In this document: positions 1 through 9,455 of the stretch, in pieces
Layout: every line of letters starts with the position of its first letter
Numbering within the stretch: position 1 is the stretch's first letter
The notes under the pieces: generated by a model
The model's input: only the letters and a program-made list of their open reading frames with translations
Databases searched by the model: none
Told to the model about the DNA's origin: nothing
Translations under genes and position numbers: made by a program
Assembly (NCBI GenBank): GCA_018334675.1
Contig: JAGXLL010000011.1
Span: forward strand, 51 to 64,050
Direction of reading: 5' to 3'
DNA from: Bacteroidales bacterium
GTDB lineage: Bacteria > Bacteroidota > Bacteroidia > Bacteroidales > UBA12077
Length of the DNA stretch: 64,000 bases

Positions 1-71
1 TGTCTATTGTCAAATTGTCAAAATCACGTATAGGGCTCTTCACCAAACAATAGAACTTTGTGTTCTTTCTT

Positions 72-118
72 AGCCTTAGCCTCAGCCTTAGCCTTTCATT
101 TTAACAATTCAACAATCT
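72..118. repeat. Simple-sequence block 3' of fabI: four tandem AGCCTY hexamers followed by AACAAT(T)C words
   Basis: Read directly: agccttagcctcagccttagcctt (72-95), then ttaacaattcaacaatc. It abuts the fabI stop codon (minus strand). Confidence 0.6.
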
Positions 119-120
119 AA

Positions 121-1014
121 TCATTCTTCTCCCGTCAAATCCTCCGGCCGGGTCCGATGTTTCACGCCTTCCTCATCCTTACAGTCGCAGACATCATCCA
201 GGTTCTTGTTGTAGATGTCCATGGCGGCGTGGCTCATGCCCATGCTGGAGAATCCTCCATCATGGTATAGGTTCTGCATGGTTACCTTGCGGGTCAGATC
301 AGAAAAAAGTGCAATGCAATAGTTGGCGGCCTCCTCGGCCGTGGCATTGCCCAGGGGCGACATCCGCTCGGAGAAGTCCATAAGTCCTTCAAATCCCATC
401 ACGCCTGAACCGGCTGTAGTGGGCGTAGGCGACTGCGAGATGGTGTTGATGCGGATTTTCTTCTCCCGTCCGTAAATGTAACCAAAGCTTCGGGCGATCG
501 ACTCCAGCAGGGCCTTGGCATCAGCCATGTCATTATAACCATAAAGGGTTCGCTGAGCCGCCACATAGGAGAGCGCAACTACCGATCCCCACTCGTTGAT
601 GGCATCCAGCCCCCGGGCCGTCTGCAGGATCTTGTGAAAGGACAAAGCAGAGATATCCAACGTCTTCTGGAAATAATCGTAGTTGGTATCGTCGTATGTG
701 TTACCTTTTCTAACATTGGGCGACATACCGATGGAATGAAGCACGAAGTCAATCTTACCCCCGAAATGATCCATGGTCTTGTTAAATAAGGTCTCCAGGT
801 CTTCAAGCTTGGTGGCGTCGGCCGGAATGGCCTGGGTGTTCAACTTCTCTGCCAATTCCCGGATACTGCCCATACGAAAGGCTACCGGAGCATTGGTCAG
901 GACAATCTCAGCCCCTTCTTCATGGGCGCGACTGGCTATGTTCCAGGCGATCGACTTCTCATTCAGCGCGCCAAAAACAAGTCCTTTTTTCCCTTTCAGT
1001 AAATTACATGCCAT
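121..1014 (-). CDS. fabI: Enoyl-[acyl-carrier-protein] reductase (NADH), FabI
   Basis: 297-aa ORF. Rossmann N-terminus LKGKKGLVFGALNEKSIAW and FabI catalytic Tyr-x6-Lys context YGYNDMADAKALLES. Confidence 0.9.
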   Translation of the reverse strand: MACNLLKGKKGLVFGALNEKSIAWNIASRAHEEGAEIVLTNAPVAFRMGSIRELAEKLNTQAIPADATKLEDLETLFNKTMDHFGGKIDFVLHSIGMSPNVRKGNTYDDTNYDYFQKTLDISALSFHKILQTARGLDAINEWGSVVALSYVAAQRTLYGYNDMADAKALLESIARSFGYIYGREKKIRINTISQSPTPTTAGSGVMGFEGLMDFSERMSPLGNATAEEAANYCIALFSDLTRKVTMQNLYHDGGFSSMGMSHAAMDIYNKNLDDVCDCKDEEGVKHRTRPEDLTGEE

Positions 1015-1083
1015 AGTGATTCAGTTTTGTAAAAGATGTTTACAAATCAACAGGAATATTGTTCCCACTCAGGTTAAATTCTT

Positions 1084-2742
1084 TTAGGATTTCTGAAGAA
1101 ATTCTCTGGCATTCTGCAGGGCCGTGTCGGTCAGTTCTTCTCCACTGAGCATCTTGGCGATCTCCCGGATGCGTTCCTGATCCTCCAGCGCTTTGATATA
1201 GGTATGCGTGGTATCTTGATCGTCGTGCTTGTATACCAGGTAATGATAGTCGCCCTTGCTGGCAATCTGGGGCAAATGCGTGATGTTGATCACCTGCATA
1301 TTGTCCGACATGGCTTTCATGATCGATCCCATCTTATCGGCGATGTCACCGGAGGTACCGCTGTCGATCTCGTCGAAGATGATGGTGGGCAGGGCCCGTG
1401 TTTCAGCTATCAGCGATTTCAGGCTCAGCATCAGCCGCGAGAGCTCCCCACCGGAGGCTACCCGGGCGATATCCTCGGGCTCTATGTTCTTGTTGGCCGA
1501 AAAAAGAAACTGCACATGGTCCACCCCATATTCATCAAAATCTTCCACCTCCCTGCGTTGTATCTTAAAGGTGGCATGAGCAATGCCCAGTTCCTGTAAC
1601 ATAGAAGTAATGCGTTCCTCTATCCGGGGAATGGCCTGCTGACGCCTCCTGGTCAACTCAACCGCCTTCTTCGAGAGTGCCTCACGTTTTTGTCCCAGCT
1701 CTTTTTCCAGCTCCTCCAGCCTGAAATCATAGGAATTGATCTGTTCCAGCTTCTTCTCCAGGTCATCCTTGATCTGCAGCAATTCCCCGACCGTCGAAAC
1801 ATGATGCTTGTGCTGAAGAGAATAGATCTCATCCAACCGCTGGCGAATATATTCGATCCGCTGGGGATCATGCTCCACCGATTCATTGAGTACTTCAATC
1901 TCATTCGAGAGATCCTGCAGTTCTATATAAGCACTTTCCAGGCGTTCACTGATGTCTTTGGCTTTGGGATAAAAATCCAGGATTTTCTTGATGTAATCCC
2001 CGGCCTCACGCAAACGAACCACGATGGAAGCTTCATCTTCCGAGAGCAGATAAGCGGCCCCACTCAGGTTCTGCTTGATCTCTTCGGCATGGCTCAAGGT
2101 TTCCAGCTCTTCTTCCAGCTCTTCCTGCTCATTCTCCTGCAAACCCACCTTCTCCAACTGATCAAACTGAAACTGATAGTAATCCAGATCGGAGCCGGCT
2201 CGTTCCGAGCGTTCCTTCAGAGACTGGTATTGTTTTTCCAGGTCGCGGTATTCCCGGTACATCCTCCCATATCGCTCCAGCAGATCCTTGTTGCGGGCAT
2301 AGGCATCTACCACATTCAACTGAAAACGGTTGTCCTTCAAAACAAGGTTCTGATGCTGGGAGTGGATATCCACCAGGTACTGCCCCAGCTCCTTGAGCAC
2401 CCGTATGTTCACCGGGGTGTCATTGATAAAGGCCCGGGACTTGCCCTTATTGTTGATCTCCCTCCTTATAATCGTTTCCGGCTCATAATCCAGGTCATGC
2501 TCCTCAAAAACCGGCTCCAGAGAATAGTGCTGTATATCGAAAGCGGCCTCAACCACACATTTGCGCTCCCCATCCTTCAAAACACTGGTATCAGCCCTGT
2601 TGCCCAGGATAAGAGAGAGCGCCCCGATCAGGATAGATTTACCGGCACCCGTCTCACCCGTGATGGTGATGAAACCCGAGGCCCATTCTATCTGAATGTG
2701 ATCGATCAGGGCATAGTTTTGTATCTTGAGCGATTGAAGCAT
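1084..2742 (-). CDS. recN: DNA repair protein RecN
   Basis: 552 aa. Walker A GETGAGKS, long coiled-coil centre, SMC signature ASGGELSRLMLSLK and Walker B IIFDEIDSG. Confidence 0.92.
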   Translation of the reverse strand: MLQSLKIQNYALIDHIQIEWASGFITITGETGAGKSILIGALSLILGNRADTSVLKDGERKCVVEAAFDIQHYSLEPVFEEHDLDYEPETIIRREINNKGKSRAFINDTPVNIRVLKELGQYLVDIHSQHQNLVLKDNRFQLNVVDAYARNKDLLERYGRMYREYRDLEKQYQSLKERSERAGSDLDYYQFQFDQLEKVGLQENEQEELEEELETLSHAEEIKQNLSGAAYLLSEDEASIVVRLREAGDYIKKILDFYPKAKDISERLESAYIELQDLSNEIEVLNESVEHDPQRIEYIRQRLDEIYSLQHKHHVSTVGELLQIKDDLEKKLEQINSYDFRLEELEKELGQKREALSKKAVELTRRRQQAIPRIEERITSMLQELGIAHATFKIQRREVEDFDEYGVDHVQFLFSANKNIEPEDIARVASGGELSRLMLSLKSLIAETRALPTIIFDEIDSGTSGDIADKMGSIMKAMSDNMQVINITHLPQIASKGDYHYLVYKHDDQDTTHTYIKALEDQERIREIAKMLSGEELTDTALQNAREFLQKS

Positions 2743-2750
2743 ATTTTACA

Positions 2751-3662
2751 TCAATTCTCCTGGGTTATTCTCTTGTATTTCTCGCTCTGCGAGGGATCGA
2801 TCTCAGCCAGGATTTCATAGGCCCGGCCGGCCTGTCCCTGAGGCGACTCGGAAAACACGTTGATGAATTCACTGCTCTTGGCTTCAATCATCAGATTCAT
2901 AAAGAACATATAGGGATCTGGCTGCTCCCGGTGCACTTCCTGCAACAACTCCAGACTCTGAAAGATAGCAGAACGGGCCTGGGCCACGTCATCGTGCATC
3001 TTGTCGAGCCCCTGCCGGTGATACTGATAGATGAACTCCCGTATAGGCCCGTATTCGCTGTTCAAAATATTCTCCACCAGCCAGTATCGGTTGCGCCGAC
3101 TTTCAAAGGCTTTCCAGCCTGATCCCCGGGCATTCTGCGCATTGCTCACCACCTGCTGAGCCATCTGAAAATAAGGCGTACCCCCCATCGGCGAAAAGGA
3201 ATCGAAATCGATGCCGATCACGATATAGGCATAATAAGCCAAAATGGAAGTGAGATTCGACTCGAACTGATTGATATCGAATTCCAGAGGCTCATTTTCC
3301 AGATAACGGAACCGGACGTCGTTGTCCTTGAACTGAAACATGGTGGTATTATAGGAAGAATTGTATACCGGCCGGCGGGAACTGACGGTCATGTTGCCGC
3401 TGAACTCATCGCCGGTGCGTTTCTGCATGTTGATCAGGATCTTGCATTCAATGCGCTCGTTGTTCTGGAACTCCTGGTTCGTCCAGATGCGGTTGTTCAT
3501 GAACTCATAGATGTCCTGCTGCAAGGTCTTAAAGATCTGTTTGTTGGTACCCTGGATCTGGTTGGAGATGATCTGAACATTGCACCTGAGTTCCTGGCTG
3601 TGGCCGGCAAGATGAGACAAGCCGGCCAGAATAATCACAAAAAGAAAGGCTTTCTTAACCAT
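2751..3662 (-). CDS. DUF4835-family (PorD-like) secreted protein
   Basis: The ORF-track start at 3803 would overlap coaBC by ~150 nt. The internal ATG at 3662 gives the signal peptide MVKKAFLFVIILAGLSHLAGHSQ. The position between coaBC and recN matches the conserved Bacteroidota arrangement as I recall it. Confidence 0.6.
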   Translation of the reverse strand: MVKKAFLFVIILAGLSHLAGHSQELRCNVQIISNQIQGTNKQIFKTLQQDIYEFMNNRIWTNQEFQNNERIECKILINMQKRTGDEFSGNMTVSSRRPVYNSSYNTTMFQFKDNDVRFRYLENEPLEFDINQFESNLTSILAYYAYIVIGIDFDSFSPMGGTPYFQMAQQVVSNAQNARGSGWKAFESRRNRYWLVENILNSEYGPIREFIYQYHRQGLDKMHDDVAQARSAIFQSLELLQEVHREQPDPYMFFMNLMIEAKSSEFINVFSESPQGQAGRAYEILAEIDPSQSEKYKRITQEN

Positions 3663-4866
3663 TGGTGTATGCCTCCATAATTTTTTGAACAATATCCCTG
3701 GCTGCTTCGTGCTTGGATTTGAGTGGAAATTCCTGCAACTGTCCCTGAGCATCGATGATGGTGATGCGGTTGGTGTCGACCTGAAAACCGGAACCTTCCT
3801 CACTCAGTGAATTGAGTACGATCCAGTCCAGGTTTTTGCCCTGTATCTTCTTTCTGGCATTGGCCAGCTCATCCTGCGTCTCCAGGGCAAAGCCAACCAG
3901 CAGCTGATGCTCCTTCTTCACACTCCCCAATTGTTGGGCAATATCGCGGGTCGGCTCCAGCTCAAGGATCCGGTTTTCCCTGCCCCTTTTCATCTTTTGA
4001 TCATATTGCCTGACCGGCTTGAAGTCGCTCACCGCTGCCGCCAACACAGCGCCATCGGCTTCCTTAAAAAGGGAAGTGGTTTGGTCATACATTTCATCAG
4101 CCGTCTGAACGGCCACGTGATGGATATTGGGGTGTTGAGAAACCAGCGAAACAGGCCCGCTGATCAGATCCACCCGCGCACCACTAGAAGCCAGCGCTTC
4201 GGCTATGGCATACCCCATCTTGCCTGATGAATGGTTGCCAATAAACCGCACCGGGTCGATGGCCTCATAGGTGGGGCCGGCTGTGACCACGAAACGCCTG
4301 CCCTTCAGTTTTTTTTTTGAATCGAAATGTGCTCGGATATGCTCCACGATCTTCTCAGGCTCTTCCATCCGGCCTTTACCAGAGAGGCCGCTGGCCAGCT
4401 CTCCGCTGGCTGCCTCAATGATCATGTTGCCATAGGAACGCAGCTGTTCCACATTCTTCAGGTTGGAGGGATGCTGATACATGTCCAGGTCCATGGCCGG
4501 AGCTACCATCACATCACACTTGGCAGAAAGATAAGTGGTGATCAACAGATTATCGGCAATGCCATGGGCCATCTTGCCCATCGTGTTGGCCGTGGCCGGT
4601 GCGATGATATACAGATCCGCCCAGTTGCCCAAATCCACATGACTGTTCCATTCCCCGTTCTCAGGATTGAAGAAATCCACCAGGATGGGATGTTTAGAAA
4701 GAGTAGCCATGGTCAGCGGTGTGATGAACTCCTTGGCATAAGAGGTCATCACAACACGGATCGCTGCGCCTTCTCTAACCAGCAACCTAACAAGCATAGC
4801 AGCCTTATAAGCTGCTATGCTACCGGTGATACCCACAAGTATATTCTTTCCCTGAAGTGCTGACAT
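3655..4866 (-). CDS. coaBC: Bifunctional phosphopantothenoylcysteine decarboxylase / phosphopantothenate-cysteine ligase
   Basis: 403 aa. Flavoprotein N-domain ILVGITGSIAAYK and CoaB domain VTAGPTYEAIDPVRFIGNHSSGKMG. Confidence 0.92.
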   Translation of the reverse strand: MSALQGKNILVGITGSIAAYKAAMLVRLLVREGAAIRVVMTSYAKEFITPLTMATLSKHPILVDFFNPENGEWNSHVDLGNWADLYIIAPATANTMGKMAHGIADNLLITTYLSAKCDVMVAPAMDLDMYQHPSNLKNVEQLRSYGNMIIEAASGELASGLSGKGRMEEPEKIVEHIRAHFDSKKKLKGRRFVVTAGPTYEAIDPVRFIGNHSSGKMGYAIAEALASSGARVDLISGPVSLVSQHPNIHHVAVQTADEMYDQTTSLFKEADGAVLAAAVSDFKPVRQYDQKMKRGRENRILELEPTRDIAQQLGSVKKEHQLLVGFALETQDELANARKKIQGKNLDWIVLNSLSEEGSGFQVDTNRITIIDAQGQLQEFPLKSKHEAARDIVQKIMEAYTNG

Positions 4867-4875
4867 AGTCAGGCG

Positions 4876-5241
4876 TTATGCATTATTGTCTTCGGAGCCT
4901 TCTGCAGACTGCACCTTCTCAGAGCCAGTAACCGGATTCCTGTAATAAATCTTGCCTTCCAGAAATTCCTGCAACGCGATCAACGTGGGCTTGGGCAGCC
5001 TTTCATAAAACTTCGATATCTCGATTTGCTCCTTGTTCTCAAAGATCTCTTCCAGATTATCGGTGTAGGATGCAAACTCCTCCAGCTTGGTGTTCAACTC
5101 ATCTTTCATCTCAGCGGAAATCTGATTGGCCCGCTTGGAGATGATCACCGTTGCTTCATAAATATTGCCGACACCTTCTTCCAGCTTCTTGATGTCGCGC
5201 GTTTCTGTATTTGAAGAAGCATTGGTCTTCTTATAATCCAT
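4876..5241 (-). CDS. rpoZ: DNA-directed RNA polymerase subunit omega (Bacteroidota type)
   Basis: 121-aa acidic protein with an Rpb6/omega-like core IYEATVIISKRANQI. Conserved position between bamD and coaBC. Confidence 0.7.
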   Translation of the reverse strand: MDYKKTNASSNTETRDIKKLEEGVGNIYEATVIISKRANQISAEMKDELNTKLEEFASYTDNLEEIFENKEQIEISKFYERLPKPTLIALQEFLEGKIYYRNPVTGSEKVQSAEGSEDNNA

Positions 5242-5258
5242 AGCCTAACTCCTTTAAA

Positions 5259-6056
5259 TTAATTTTGCAAATTCTTTTGGGTTCTTTGATATATCCTCTT
5301 TACTTCATTGGAATATTCACTGTCGGGATATTCACTGGTGAAAGTATAATAAGCATCCAGGGTGCTCTGATAACGCTCCTGCTCCTTCTCCTTGATGCTG
5401 TTGGACGCCAGGAGGAATTGAGATTTAAGGATCAGAAACTTGATCTCCTTACGATGGGTGGTATTGGGAAAACGCTTCAGGGTATTCTCCAGGGCAATAA
5501 CCGCCGCTCTGTAATCCTCCATGTCATAATACAACCTGGCCGACTGATAAGCCTTCATGGCCAACTTGTCGGACAGTTCCTGGATCAGTTTGTGGCACTC
5601 GGCAACCTTGGGATGATTGGGATGCCGGGTGATGAACAGGTTGAACTTATTGATGGCTTTCTTGGTATAGCCCTGATCCAGAGCGGGCCGGGGCGAAAGC
5701 TTGTAATTACAGAAAGCACTCTTGAATTCTGCATCATCAGCCCAGTTATGATTACCGAAAGTCTCATAGAACTGCTGATAATGATGCTCGGCCAGGATGT
5801 AATTTTCCTGCTCGAAATAGCTATTCGAAAGATAATACAATACAGTATCAGCCCGGTCGGTAGCCTTCATCACCGGATTCAGCTGCTCGAATAACCCCAC
5901 AGCCTTGGTGTAATCCTCGGCCTTGTAATACTCCAGGGCCTTGTTGTACTTCAACTTATAGTTGGTGCTTTTCAACAGCTTGTCGTACTGACAGGAACTT
6001 CCCACTATGGCCAGCAGAAGAACTGCTGCGGATATTTTAACGATTTTTTGAAGCAT
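5259..6056 (-). CDS. bamD: Outer membrane protein assembly factor BamD (TPR lipoprotein)
   Basis: TPR-like repeats throughout and lipobox AIVGSSC. ATG at 6056 is preferred over the TTG start at 6083 used by the ORF track. Confidence 0.8.
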   Translation of the reverse strand: MLQKIVKISAAVLLLAIVGSSCQYDKLLKSTNYKLKYNKALEYYKAEDYTKAVGLFEQLNPVMKATDRADTVLYYLSNSYFEQENYILAEHHYQQFYETFGNHNWADDAEFKSAFCNYKLSPRPALDQGYTKKAINKFNLFITRHPNHPKVAECHKLIQELSDKLAMKAYQSARLYYDMEDYRAAVIALENTLKRFPNTTHRKEIKFLILKSQFLLASNSIKEKEQERYQSTLDAYYTFTSEYPDSEYSNEVKRIYQRTQKNLQN

Positions 6057-6137
6057 TGTGCAAAAATAATTTATTCCGGTCAAATAATAAAATTATTCAG
6101 ATCTTAACGACGCGATATTATAAAATATTTTCTGCAA

Positions 6138-6168
6138 TTTGAAAATTAACAAAAAAAACATACTTTTG
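6138..6168 (+). promoter_or_regulatory. Bacteroidota sigma-A type promoter (-33 TTTG / -7 TACTTTTG)
   Basis: TTTG at 6138-6141 and TACTTTTG at 6161-6168 with a 19-nt spacer, ~45 nt upstream of the 6213 start. Confidence 0.5.
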
Positions 6169-6212
6169 CTAATTCAATAAGGGTCGAGAGTTTAACGCAA
6201 AAACCTACCATT

Positions 6213-7457
6213 GTGGATTTATTCGAAAAGATAGAAAAAGATAAGGGACCCCTTGGCCAATACATGGAAGAAGCTCATGGTTATTTCGCTTTTCCCAAGC
6301 TGGAAGGGGAAATTTCACCGCATATGACCTTCAGGGGAAAAGAGGTACTCACCTGGAGCCTCAACAATTATATTGGCCTGGCCAACCATCCTGAAGTTCG
6401 GGAAGCCGATGCCCGGGCAGCCAAAGATTATGGTATGGCCTATCCGATGGGCGCCAGGATGATGTCGGGCCAAACGGCAAAGCATGAAGAGCTGGAAAAC
6501 CAGCTGGCCGAATTTGTTGGTAAAGACGATGCCTTTCTTTTGAATTACGGTTACCAGGGAATGGTATCCATCATCGATTCACTGGTCAACAGAAACGATG
6601 TGATCGTATACGACTCCGAATCCCACGCCTGCATACTGGACGGATTGCGTCTGCATATGGGCAAACGCTATGTTTTCCCCCACAACGACATTGAAAAGCT
6701 GGAGAAACAGCTGGAACGTGCAACCAAGCTGGCCGAAAAAAATATGGGCGGCATCCTGGTGATCACCGAAGGGGTATTCGGCATGGCCGGCGACCTGGGT
6801 AAACTGAGCGACATTGTCAAGCTCAAGGAAAAGTATAACTTCCGCCTGCTTGTGGACGATGCCCACGGCTTTGGCACGATGGGTGCCACCGGAGCAGGAA
6901 CCGGCGAACATTTTGGCGTGCAGGACCAAATCGACGTGTATTTTGCCACCTTCGCCAAATCCATGGCAGGTATCGGAGCTTTCGTGGCCTCTAAGGAATA
7001 TATCGTGAATTATTTGCGATACAACATGCGTTCGCAGACCTTCGCCAAATCCCTGCCCATGCCGATGGTTATCGGAGCCCTGAAAAGGCTGGAACTGCTC
7101 AAGACCAGGCCCGGGCTCAGGGAAGACCTGTGGACGGTAGTCAATACCCTTCAGAAAGGACTCAAAGAAGCCGGCTTCAACCTGGGAAAAACCGAATCAC
7201 CGGTCACCCCGGTGTACCTTTCCGGCAGCCTGCCTGAAGGAACCAACATCATCATGGACCTGCGGGAAAACTACAACATCTTCTGCTCACTGGTGGCCTA
7301 TCCGGTCATTCCCAAAGGCGAGCTGCTGATCCGCCTGATCCCTACTGCAAAACATACCGTCGAGGACGTGAACTACACGATCAAAGCGTTCAAGGAAGTG
7401 CATGAGAAACTGGAAAACGGCGACTACCAGTCCGAGCACATCGCCAAGGTGAGCTAG
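6213..7457 (+). CDS. PLP-dependent alpha-oxoamine synthase family enzyme (BioF/Kbl/Spt-like acyltransferase)
   Basis: 414 aa with a GTG start. Motifs NNYIGLANHP and DDAHGFG, and PLP-lysine context TFAKSMAGIG. No biotin or tdh genes adjacent. Confidence 0.85.
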   Translation: MDLFEKIEKDKGPLGQYMEEAHGYFAFPKLEGEISPHMTFRGKEVLTWSLNNYIGLANHPEVREADARAAKDYGMAYPMGARMMSGQTAKHEELENQLAEFVGKDDAFLLNYGYQGMVSIIDSLVNRNDVIVYDSESHACILDGLRLHMGKRYVFPHNDIEKLEKQLERATKLAEKNMGGILVITEGVFGMAGDLGKLSDIVKLKEKYNFRLLVDDAHGFGTMGATGAGTGEHFGVQDQIDVYFATFAKSMAGIGAFVASKEYIVNYLRYNMRSQTFAKSLPMPMVIGALKRLELLKTRPGLREDLWTVVNTLQKGLKEAGFNLGKTESPVTPVYLSGSLPEGTNIIMDLRENYNIFCSLVAYPVIPKGELLIRLIPTAKHTVEDVNYTIKAFKEVHEKLENGDYQSEHIAKVS

Positions 7458-7531
7458 AAGACAGAAGGGATAGAAAGAGAAGAAAGAGAAGAAAGACAGA
7501 AAAGACAAGATAAAAGAAAGGCAGAAAAAAA
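7456..7531. repeat. Polypurine tract (AGAAAG-type words)
   Basis: 76 nt starting at the stop codon of the 6213 gene. By my count all but six positions are A or G on the + strand. Confidence 0.7.
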
Positions 7532-7615
7532 TCGCAGATTATATAGTTTTGAACTGGAAAAAATCTGAGCCAATCAGTGAACTGCAAGTAAAAACCAAGT
7601 TACAATACGCGAAAG

Positions 7616-7645
7616 AAAAGGTCCCGCCGCGGCGGGACCTTTTCT
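7616..7645. terminator. Bidirectional rho-independent terminator between convergent genes
   Basis: aaaaGGTCCCGCCGCGGCGGGACCtttt: a perfect GC-rich hairpin flanked by an A-run and a T-run. Confidence 0.75.
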
Positions 7646-7687
7646 TCTTTCTGGTGTTGCCGGATTTTCGCCGACACTATCTGAAGT

Positions 7688-8722
7688 TTACTTTTCGGCC
7701 TGCTCTTTTTCAGCCGCCTTGGCTTCTTCAAACTCCTTCCTGGATAGATAGCGCTCGGAGTCCAGGGCAGCCTGACAACCTGATCCTGCGGCTGTGACGG
7801 CCTGGCGGTAGATGCTGTCCTGCACGTCACCGCAGGCAAAGACGCCTTCTACATTGGTGTGGGTGGAGCCGGGTTCGGTATTGATGTACCCGGTATCGTC
7901 CATATCCAGCTGCCCCTTGAAGATATCACTGTTGGGCTTGTGGCCAATGGCCAGGAAGAAACCGGAAACGGAGATCTCGTACTCCTCACCATCCCGTTTC
8001 TTGAGCCGCACACCGGTTACACCGTCCTGATCACCCAGCACCTCTTCGGTCTGTGAATTCCAAAGCACCTCAATGTTATCCGTCCTGAATACCCTTTCCT
8101 GCATGATCTTCGAAGCACGCAGCTCATCCCTTCGGTGGATCATATATACCTTTTTGCAGATACCGGCCAGATACAGGGCCTCTTCAGCTGCGGAGTCACC
8201 CCCGCCTACTACGGCCACATCCTGGCCTTTGTAGAAGAAACCATCGCAGGTGGCGCATGCCGAAACACCCATGCCCCTGAATTTCTCTTCCGACTCCAAG
8301 CCAAGGTACTTGGCCGAAGCACCTGTGGCGATGATCAGGGCATCAGCCTGCACTTTCTTCTTATCATCGATGGTTACTGTATAAGGCCGCTGGGAAAGAT
8401 CGGCCGCCGTGGCCATACCAAAGCGCACATCGGTACCGAACCGCTCGGCCTGTTGCTTGAACTCCTCCATCATCTTCGGCCCCTGGATGCCTTCCGGATA
8501 GCCCGGGTAGTTCTCCACATCGGTGGTGGTGGTCAGCTGACCACCCGGTTCCATACCTTCATACATTACCGGATTCAAATTGGCCCGGGCTGCATATATG
8601 GCCGCCGTGTAACCAGCCGGACCCGATCCGACAATCAAAACCTTCACATGTTCCACTTCCCCATTTACGTCCACTTGATTCTGATCATCCTCAATGTTGT
8701 CCATTTTCTTGAATAATGCCAT
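7688..8722 (-). CDS. trxB: Thioredoxin-disulfide reductase
   Basis: 344 aa. FAD motif VLIVGSGPAGYTAA, redox-active CATCDG and NADPH motif VAVVGGGDSAAEEA. Confidence 0.92.
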   Translation of the reverse strand: MALFKKMDNIEDDQNQVDVNGEVEHVKVLIVGSGPAGYTAAIYAARANLNPVMYEGMEPGGQLTTTTDVENYPGYPEGIQGPKMMEEFKQQAERFGTDVRFGMATAADLSQRPYTVTIDDKKKVQADALIIATGASAKYLGLESEEKFRGMGVSACATCDGFFYKGQDVAVVGGGDSAAEEALYLAGICKKVYMIHRRDELRASKIMQERVFRTDNIEVLWNSQTEEVLGDQDGVTGVRLKKRDGEEYEISVSGFFLAIGHKPNSDIFKGQLDMDDTGYINTEPGSTHTNVEGVFACGDVQDSIYRQAVTAAGSGCQAALDSERYLSRKEFEEAKAAEKEQAEK

Positions 8723-9097
8723 AACCTATTAATTTTGATTTTTCTGTTTTTATAACGATGTATCTATATACTTTGATTTTGTAATCCGACGCAAATTTAG
8801 CAATAAATATACCAATTTTAATAGATCATGAAACAGATGATTTTCCGTGCCATATTTTCATACCTGTTGGACGAATGAAAGATCCATTCCTTACACCGGA
8901 TCACTCCAGATGGAAAGAAGGAGGTAAAAACAGGAAATCAGATAAGCCACCTCTCCTTCTGCTAAAAACTGGCAAAGGGATATTGCAGAAAGCTGTCTCC
9001 TAATGGAAAAGGTGGGTGCAACCCGGGAAAAAGCAAAACAATCTGAAACGTGAATGGATAAGGCTGTTGGCAGGACCTCTGAAAAAATGTCAGGGTT

Positions 9098-9230
9098 TTA
9101 GTCCAGCCGGCCGGTATGCTGCGAATCATGCTGGAACATGGGGCCAGGGGGTGTCGGCCAGGCGCGACTCTCCCTGAACGGCATACAGATACCCCTCGTC
9201 CAATCCCAAATAGATGGCATTTGTTACCAA
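9098..9230 (-). pseudogene. C-terminal remnant of a PQQ-like beta-propeller repeat protein (frameshifted)
   Basis: The minus strand reads LVTNAIYLGLDEGYLYAVQGESRLADTPWPHV. After a 1-nt shift it reads QHDSQHTGRLD-stop, resembling the propeller blade and the WPMF.HD..NTGR tail typical of this family. A stop codon lies directly upstream, so only a fragment remains. Confidence 0.4.
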
Positions 9231-9270
9231 TCATCGGATAAGAAAAAATATCACGATTCCTCAGGTAAAA

Positions 9271-9302
9271 TTTGGCAGAAAAAGAATTGTTGCTTACTTT
9301 TG
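9271..9302 (+). promoter_or_regulatory. Bacteroidota-type promoter for tRNA-Pro
   Basis: TTTG at 9271-9274 and TACTTTTG at 9295-9302 with a 20-nt spacer. The tRNA begins at 9316. Confidence 0.55.
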
Positions 9303-9315
9303 CATTCCACTTGTT

Positions 9316-9390
9316 CGGGATGTAGCTCAGTCCGGTTAGAGTACCCGTCTGGGGGGCGGGGGGTCGCGAGTTCAAATCTCGCCATCCCGA
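9316..9390 (+). tRNA. tRNA-Pro (anticodon GGG)
   Basis: Hand-folded cloverleaf. Acceptor CGGGATG/CATCCCG, D-arm GCTC..GAGT, anticodon stem CCCGT/GCGGG with loop CTGGGGG, T-arm GCGAG TTCAAAT CTCGC, discriminator A. No encoded CCA. Confidence 0.93.
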
Positions 9391-9413
9391 CAACATGCAC
9401 TTCAAGCAAAATT

Positions 9414-9455
9414 AAAAGCCTGCAAATCTTATGATTTTCAGGCTTTTTTATTTTT
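9414..9455 (+). terminator. Rho-independent terminator after tRNA-Pro
   Basis: AAAAGCCTG - 16-nt loop - CAGGCTTTT, followed by a T-rich run. Confidence 0.7.

Noticed and set aside
1690-2820. 376-aa ORF on the + strand
   Set aside because: It is entirely antisense to recN, whose Walker and SMC motifs are unambiguous. The product is Leu/Ile/Gln-rich and looks like a mirror frame with no motifs. It is a shadow ORF.
8962-9405. 147-aa ORF on the - strand (and the 98-aa + ORF at 9138-9434)
   Set aside because: Both overlap the tRNA-Pro gene and its promoter. The GC-rich part is better explained by a beta-propeller gene remnant.
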